Origin: an uncultured Pseudomonadales bacterium
GTDB lineage: Bacteria > Patescibacteriota > Microgenomatia > UBA1400 > Chazhemtobacteraceae
Reading direction: 5' to 3'
Length of the DNA: 64,000 nt
NCBI GenBank assembly: GCA_964422035.1
Contig: CAYQZQ010000001.1
Span: 515,025 to 579,024, forward strand
In this document: piece after piece, positions 59,152 through 64,000 of the stretch
Layout of the letters: every line of letters starts with the position of its first letter
Numbering within the stretch: the stretch's first letter is position 1
The notes under the pieces: model-generated
Database searches by the model: none
What the model was told of the DNA's origin: nothing
What the model saw: only the letters and a program-made list of their open reading frames with translations
Translations under genes and position numbers: made by a program

Positions 59152-61284
59152 TTAGCGATGGTCTTGAAAGCGTTTCGCTCGTTTTGAAGAGGACTTGTCT
59201 TCTTTTTGCTTATCACTTTTCATTGTTAAGTTGATGCGATCCTTGTCATCAATTTCAGTTACCTTGACTTCAACTTTCTCCCCTTCTTTGACAACACTTC
59301 TAGGATCTTTTACAAACTCATCACTCATCTCAGACACATGAACTAATCCTTCTTGTCCGGGCAGTACTTCTACAAAAGCTCCGAAGTCAAGAATGTTTTT
59401 TACGGTGCCAGTATAAGTTTTACCAACCTCTACTTCAGCAGTTAGGTTTTCAACATATTCTTTGGCTTTTTCAACCTTTTTGGCATCAACGCCTGAAATA
59501 TTAACTAGTCCTTTTTCATCAGCATCTTCTACGTTAACTTCAACATCGAAGTCTTCTTGAATTTGTCGAATCATTTTTCCACCAGGCCCAATCACGGTGC
59601 CTATTTTTTTGGCGGGAATAACTAAGTTAACAACTCTAGGCGCGTACTGATTTATATCAGTACGAGGCTCGGACAGAGCTTTGTTCATTTCTTTAAGAAT
59701 GTGCAATCTGCCTTTTTTAGCATCTTGTAAAGCATCACCTAAGAATTTAGGGGTAACGTTTAGTTTTTTTACATCCATTTGAATTGCTGTAATACCATCT
59801 TGAGTTCCAGCTACTTTGAAGTCCATGTCTCCCATGAAATCTTCAACGCCAAGAATATCAGTAAGTAAAACAGTCTCATCATCTTCGCTAACAGCACCCA
59901 TGGCAATTCCTGCAACAGGTTTTTTAATAGGCACTCCAGCATCCATCAAGGAGAGAGATGAGCCGCAGACGGCTGCTTGTGAGGTCGAGCCGTTGGACGA
60001 CATTATCTCTGAGACAACCCTAATTGTGTAAGGGAAGTCATTTTCGTCAGGAATTACAGGCATCATAGCTCTTTCTGCTAATGAGCCGTGGCCGATTTCT
60101 CTTCGTGAGGGCCAAGCTAGACGACCTGATTCCCCGGTTGAAAACGGAGGCATGTTGTAATGATGAATATATCTTTTAGTCGATTCTCCTTCCATTGTTT
60201 CCATTAATTGTTCGTGAGCGGGGGAGGCTAAAGTTGTAATAGACAAAGCATGAGTTAGTCCGCGCTTGAACTGTACAGAGCCATGAGTTCTCGGTAGCAA
60301 ACCTGTTTCAATTTCAATGTTGCGAATATCTTGAGGCTTTCTACCATCTGGACGAAGTTGTTCTTTGACAATTTTTTGTCGAATACTGTTTTTAAGAAGT
60401 TTAAATAGAGTATTGTCGATTTCCTTTTTATCAAGATCTTCATGTTCTTGAGATATAGCTCTAACAACGTCTCCTATGCTTCTGCCTTTGTGAGTAGCCC
60501 ATTCAGTTGCTAATTTGTCAAAATCATCAACGTGTTTGTTAATCACTTCTTCAATTTCTGAGTCATCTTGCTCTGGTGAACTGAAAGAGATCTTTTCAGT
60601 ACCAACTTTATCAACAAGATCTTTTATGGCTGAAATTATTTTTTGATTTTCCTGATGGGCAAACTCTAAAGCTTCTGCTAGTTTTTCTTCACCGACCTCT
60701 TTGGCGCCGGCTTCTATCATGGTGAGAGATTCTTTGGTGCCACTGACGATTAGGTCAAGATCAGATTCTTTCATCTGCTTGTTGCTTGGATTTGATTGAA
60801 GCTCTCCGTCAACTATCCCCACACGAACTGCTCCGACAGGACCATTGAATGGGGTGGAAGCGATAGAAGCTGCTGCTGAAGCTGCAATTGCTGAAAGAAT
60901 TTCTGGCTCATTTTCACCATCCACTGATAGAGGAGTGATAATGATTTGAAGATCTCCTCGATAACTTTTGGGAAATACAGGTCGTAGTGTTCGATCTATT
61001 AAGCGAGCAGTCAAAAAGTCCTCATCAGATGGACGACCTTCTCTTTTAACAAAACGGGAAGACTTAATTATTCCTCCAGCATACAATTTAGGCCTGTAGT
61101 CTACTGTAAGAGGTAAAAAGTCTAGTCCTTCTTTGGGTGGATTATCGTTTAGTGTTGCTAGAACCAGTGTGTCTCCGCAAAGAGCTGTAACAGCTGCTGT
61201 TGCTTGGGGAGCAAACCGTCCCGTTTCTAGTTCAATAGTAATATCTCCCTTTAAGGAGATAGTGGTTTTTTTTATAGATGTCAT
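59152..61284 (-). CDS. pnp: Polyribonucleotide nucleotidyltransferase (PNPase)
   Basis: FLPLTVDY, RPDGR, RREIGHG, SNGSTS, GDMDFKVAG, KH and S1 domains; start at MTSIK. Confidence 0.97.
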   Translation of the reverse strand: MTSIKKTTISLKGDITIELETGRFAPQATAAVTALCGDTLVLATLNDNPPKEGLDFLPLTVDYRPKLYAGGIIKSSRFVKREGRPSDEDFLTARLIDRTLRPVFPKSYRGDLQIIITPLSVDGENEPEILSAIAASAAASIASTPFNGPVGAVRVGIVDGELQSNPSNKQMKESDLDLIVSGTKESLTMIEAGAKEVGEEKLAEALEFAHQENQKIISAIKDLVDKVGTEKISFSSPEQDDSEIEEVINKHVDDFDKLATEWATHKGRSIGDVVRAISQEHEDLDKKEIDNTLFKLLKNSIRQKIVKEQLRPDGRKPQDIRNIEIETGLLPRTHGSVQFKRGLTHALSITTLASPAHEQLMETMEGESTKRYIHHYNMPPFSTGESGRLAWPSRREIGHGSLAERAMMPVIPDENDFPYTIRVVSEIMSSNGSTSQAAVCGSSLSLMDAGVPIKKPVAGIAMGAVSEDDETVLLTDILGVEDFMGDMDFKVAGTQDGITAIQMDVKKLNVTPKFLGDALQDAKKGRLHILKEMNKALSEPRTDINQYAPRVVNLVIPAKKIGTVIGPGGKMIRQIQEDFDVEVNVEDADEKGLVNISGVDAKKVEKAKEYVENLTAEVEVGKTYTGTVKNILDFGAFVEVLPGQEGLVHVSEMSDEFVKDPRSVVKEGEKVEVKVTEIDDKDRINLTMKSDKQKEDKSSSKRAKRFQDHR

Positions 61285-61308
61285 ATCTTTTTTGGAGAGA
61301 GATTCAAG

Positions 61309-61363
61309 TGGTTGAGAAGTCGGGGGTGGAAACATTTTATTTGCACTCCTGATTCCTCAACCA
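61309..61363 (-). promoter_or_regulatory. Long imperfect hairpin in the pnp leader (RNase III-type site)
   Basis: TGGTTGAG-GAATCAGGAGTG...CACCCCCGACTT-CTCAACCA on the minus strand, between rpsO and pnp. Confidence 0.55.
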
Positions 61364-61397
61364 GATATTTGGGCTCCCTATGTAAATTTGATAATTA

Positions 61398-61865
61398 TTA
61401 TTTTAAAATTTCTTCTTTAATTTCTTGCAGGCCTTTTTTGCCGATACCATCGATTTCTAAAATCTCATCTTCAGAAAGCTTTGATAGCTTGTCAACAGTT
61501 ATATTTGCATTTTGAAGAGCGTTTTCGGTTCGTGTAGACAATTCTTTAAAATCATTAATTGATGATTTTTCTTGAGTTTCTGCGTTTGATTTGATTTTTG
61601 TTTGTCTGATATCAAGTTCTCTAACAAGATCCTGATATGCTTTTGGGTTTGATTGACCCAAGTAGTTAAGCAATCTGCGTCTTTTGCCAACTATTTTAAT
61701 CAAACCTCTTCGGGAATGGTTATCTTTAGGGTGTCCCTCAAGATGATCAGTTAAATCTCTTAGCTGGTAAGTAAGCAAGGCAATTTGGACCTGAGGAGAT
61801 CCGGTGTCTCCTTTGCTTGTAGCATAACTGTCGATAATTTCTTGTTTTCGTTTTTTGTCTAACAT
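61398..61865 (-). CDS. rpsO: 30S ribosomal protein S15 with C-terminal alpha-CTD/HhH-like domain
   Basis: DTGSPQVQIALLT, HPKDNHSRRGL, RRRLLNYL; extra ~65 aa ending LSTRTENAL...GIGKKGLQEI; start at MLDKK. Confidence 0.96.
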   Translation of the reverse strand: MLDKKRKQEIIDSYATSKGDTGSPQVQIALLTYQLRDLTDHLEGHPKDNHSRRGLIKIVGKRRRLLNYLGQSNPKAYQDLVRELDIRQTKIKSNAETQEKSSINDFKELSTRTENALQNANITVDKLSKLSEDEILEIDGIGKKGLQEIKEEILK

Positions 61866-61934
61866 AAATGGGTGTTGAAATCTCAACAAGACTGTATTTT
61901 AGCAGAAAAGGCTTGGAGAGTAAAAGATAAAAGG

Positions 61935-62825
61935 CTAATTGCGCTGTGAATCACTGTGATAAATTTTAGGTTTTTGCCAATCTGAAGGAACGTCTTCGTC
62001 TGAAAAATCAGATTTTTGTGTGGACAAATCGGGGTGTGGCTTAGGTTCTTGAAAAGAAGGCTGTTCTTCAAAAAAAGGAGGCTTATTAGAAGAGGTTAGC
62101 TGGTTAACTTGAGCATTATTTTCAAGTAAGTAAGCAGCGATTTTGAATGTTTGAGGAGTTATGTGAGGGGATTTAAATTGATCAGTATTATCGAGCATGC
62201 GTTGGTATAAGATGGTGGCAGTTGATTGAGAAATTTTCAATTTAAATTTTTTAAGGAGATAAGAGATTGCTTCGGAAATTCCGGTGCTACGAGCATTAAG
62301 GTCAAGTGTAGGAAATTCAAGTTCTTCATTGTCTTGATGGATATTGATAAGAGTAGATTTGTCGATGAATTCTTTTTCTTGGGAGTATAGTTTACCTAGT
62401 TCTGATAAAGATTTTATGCCAATAGTGATAACTAAGTCTGCCTGTGCCCCAGAAAACGAGTATTCTACCTGTTTGGGGTCAAGTGGTTGCCCTTCTTTGG
62501 CAGGCTTGATCATTAAGTTAAATACTTGTTTATCTTTATTAATATCATATGAAACATGGCCAACAGATTCTGCTTTGTATGGAAAAGAGATTATTAAATT
62601 TTGGTTGCCAACTTGTTGTTGAATCTCTTCCGCTCCCGGAAGTTGAGAGTCAATCTTTGAAGAACAACCAATTGTTGATTTTTTATCGGCCTTTTTTAAG
62701 CTTGAATGGAGGGCTAAGCCTGCTGCAATTAAGTCTGCACTTGGCTTTGGTGGTAGAAGCACTAAAACAGTTGAGGAAGATTTGAGCAGTTCTTGAAAAC
62801 TATCGACTTTATTTTGTCCAAACAT
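61935..62825 (-). CDS. Degenerate DHH/NrnA-like protein
   Basis: Fold pattern (VLVLLP..DLIAAGLAL, ADLVITIG, ATILY...TDQF) and position after infB; DHH motif absent. Confidence 0.6.
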   Translation of the reverse strand: MFGQNKVDSFQELLKSSSTVLVLLPPKPSADLIAAGLALHSSLKKADKKSTIGCSSKIDSQLPGAEEIQQQVGNQNLIISFPYKAESVGHVSYDINKDKQVFNLMIKPAKEGQPLDPKQVEYSFSGAQADLVITIGIKSLSELGKLYSQEKEFIDKSTLINIHQDNEELEFPTLDLNARSTGISEAISYLLKKFKLKISQSTATILYQRMLDNTDQFKSPHITPQTFKIAAYLLENNAQVNQLTSSNKPPFFEEQPSFQEPKPHPDLSTQKSDFSDEDVPSDWQKPKIYHSDSQRN

Positions 62826-64000
62826 TATTTAGATCTGATTTTATATGAGATAATAACATCCCCGGATTTTATGTCAAGCTCTGGTTTACAAATAAGCCCA
62901 AACTCATCGCCTTTTTTGACCATTTTTACGTCTTGGTCGCCTTGCTTTAGTGAAATAATGATCGATCCTTTTTCTGTGCCCTCAACTTTTATTTTATCTT
63001 GGTAGCGAATTGCTCCTGATGATATTTTTCCACCGATTACTTGATAATCATTGTAATCAAAAATCTTAATAACATCAGCTTTTCCATTTACGACCTCTTC
63101 TTTTTGGGGACTGGATTCTGACTCAATTAATTGTTTTACTTTTTTTAGAAGATCATAGATTGATTTATAAGTGAATATTGGAATTTCTTCAATATCAGCC
63201 AGTTGCTTAGCAGACCTGTTGGGTTGAACTCTGAAGCCTAAAATTGTTGCGTTGCCTGTTTGGGCTTGCATGATATCTGACTCTGTAATACTACCGGTAC
63301 TGGCGGATATTAGTTGAGTCTCTTTGGGAAGACTAGATGATATAGCTTCCAAAGATCCTAAAAAATCAGTTTTTAATATTATGTTAATTTTATCTTCTTG
63401 AGGAGAACCCACATCAATGTCTGACTTGCTAGATTCTAGCAAGTCCTTGAATTCGTCGACTGATTCCTTTTGAGTAACTAGGCTTCCAGCCGGAGGTACT
63501 TTTTGAAAGCCGAGTATTTGTGCAGGAGAAGAAGGACCAAGTTTGGAAACTTGATCTGCTTTCCAGTCTAATAATGACTTAACTTTGCCGTTGATTTGCT
63601 CTGAATTAATTCCTACAATAGCGGAGACTTCTTGGTTTTTTTCAATAGAACCATTTTTAATAATCAAAGTGGCCAGAGGTCCGCTGCGCTTATCTAGTTG
63701 AGATTCAACAACTATAGCTTCAAGAATGGCTTGCGGGTCAGCTTTTAGCTCTTGAAGTTCTGATAATACCAACAATGTCTCAAGTAATTCATCTAAGTTT
63801 TTATTTTTGAGGGCAGAAATTTCCACGACGGGAACATCTCCTCCAAAACCTTCAACCAAAACTTCTTCTTCGGCAAGTTGTGTCTTTATTTTTTGTATAT
63901 CGACATCAGGTAAGTCAACTTTATTTATAGCAACTATGTAAGGAATACCTGCTTGTTTTATGTGGGTAATGGATTCTTTTGTTTGTGGTTGTACCCCATC
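62825..64000 (-). CDS. infB: Translation initiation factor IF-2 (N-terminus outside window)
   Basis: Frame open to the window end: DGVQPQTKES, INKVD, GGDVPVVEISA, LKTDFLGSLEA, ITESDI, GDEFGL. Confidence 0.95.
   Translation of the reverse strand, partial: DGVQPQTKESITHIKQAGIPYIVAINKVDLPDVDIQKIKTQLAEEEVLVEGFGGDVPVVEISALKNKNLDELLETLLVLSELQELKADPQAILEAIVVESQLDKRSGPLATLIIKNGSIEKNQEVSAIVGINSEQINGKVKSLLDWKADQVSKLGPSSPAQILGFQKVPPAGSLVTQKESVDEFKDLLESSKSDIDVGSPQEDKINIILKTDFLGSLEAISSSLPKETQLISASTGSITESDIMQAQTGNATILGFRVQPNRSAKQLADIEEIPIFTYKSIYDLLKKVKQLIESESSPQKEEVVNGKADVIKIFDYNDYQVIGGKISSGAIRYQDKIKVEGTEKGSIIISLKQGDQDVKMVKKGDEFGLICKPELDIKSGDVIISYKIRSK

Noticed and set aside
61285-61335. N-terminal extension of PNPase
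   Set aside because: Falls within the leader hairpin; homology begins near MTSIK.

Overview
Core-genome segment of a reduced bacterium with Candidate Phyla Radiation/Patescibacteria (Microgenomates-like) traits: no rpmD (L30), shortened AlaRS and IF2, and standard code 11. From about 17.9 kb to 64 kb there is one minus-strand information-processing supercluster: infB, DHH-like, rpsO-pnp-Lon-like AAA-rnj, ftsK, alaS, sortase, yqgF, mltG, rpoBC, the str/S10/spc/alpha ribosomal operons and rplM-rpsI. The first ~17.9 kb is a mixed accessory region: Zn-finger/endonuclease-like gene, tRNA-Pro, NYN nuclease, PD-(D/E)XK nuclease, thermonuclease, ABC-2 transporter, RecD-like helicase, GmrSD-like restriction gene, protease and pyrH. 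Most striking observation: two different 30S proteins (S5 and S15) each carry a near-duplicate C-terminal RNA polymerase alpha-CTD-like/HhH domain. Other notable signals are an EF-Tu with the archaeal/eukaryotic EF-1alpha switch-II motif, pervasive leaderless-type promoters, a probable antisense sRNA over the NYN gene end, a tRNA-Pro with C33, a protease-less Lon ATPase between pnp and rnj, attenuator-like hairpins inside ribosomal operons, and a rifampicin-resistant-type RpoB. All calls are from manual reading and motif recall; no database searches were run.
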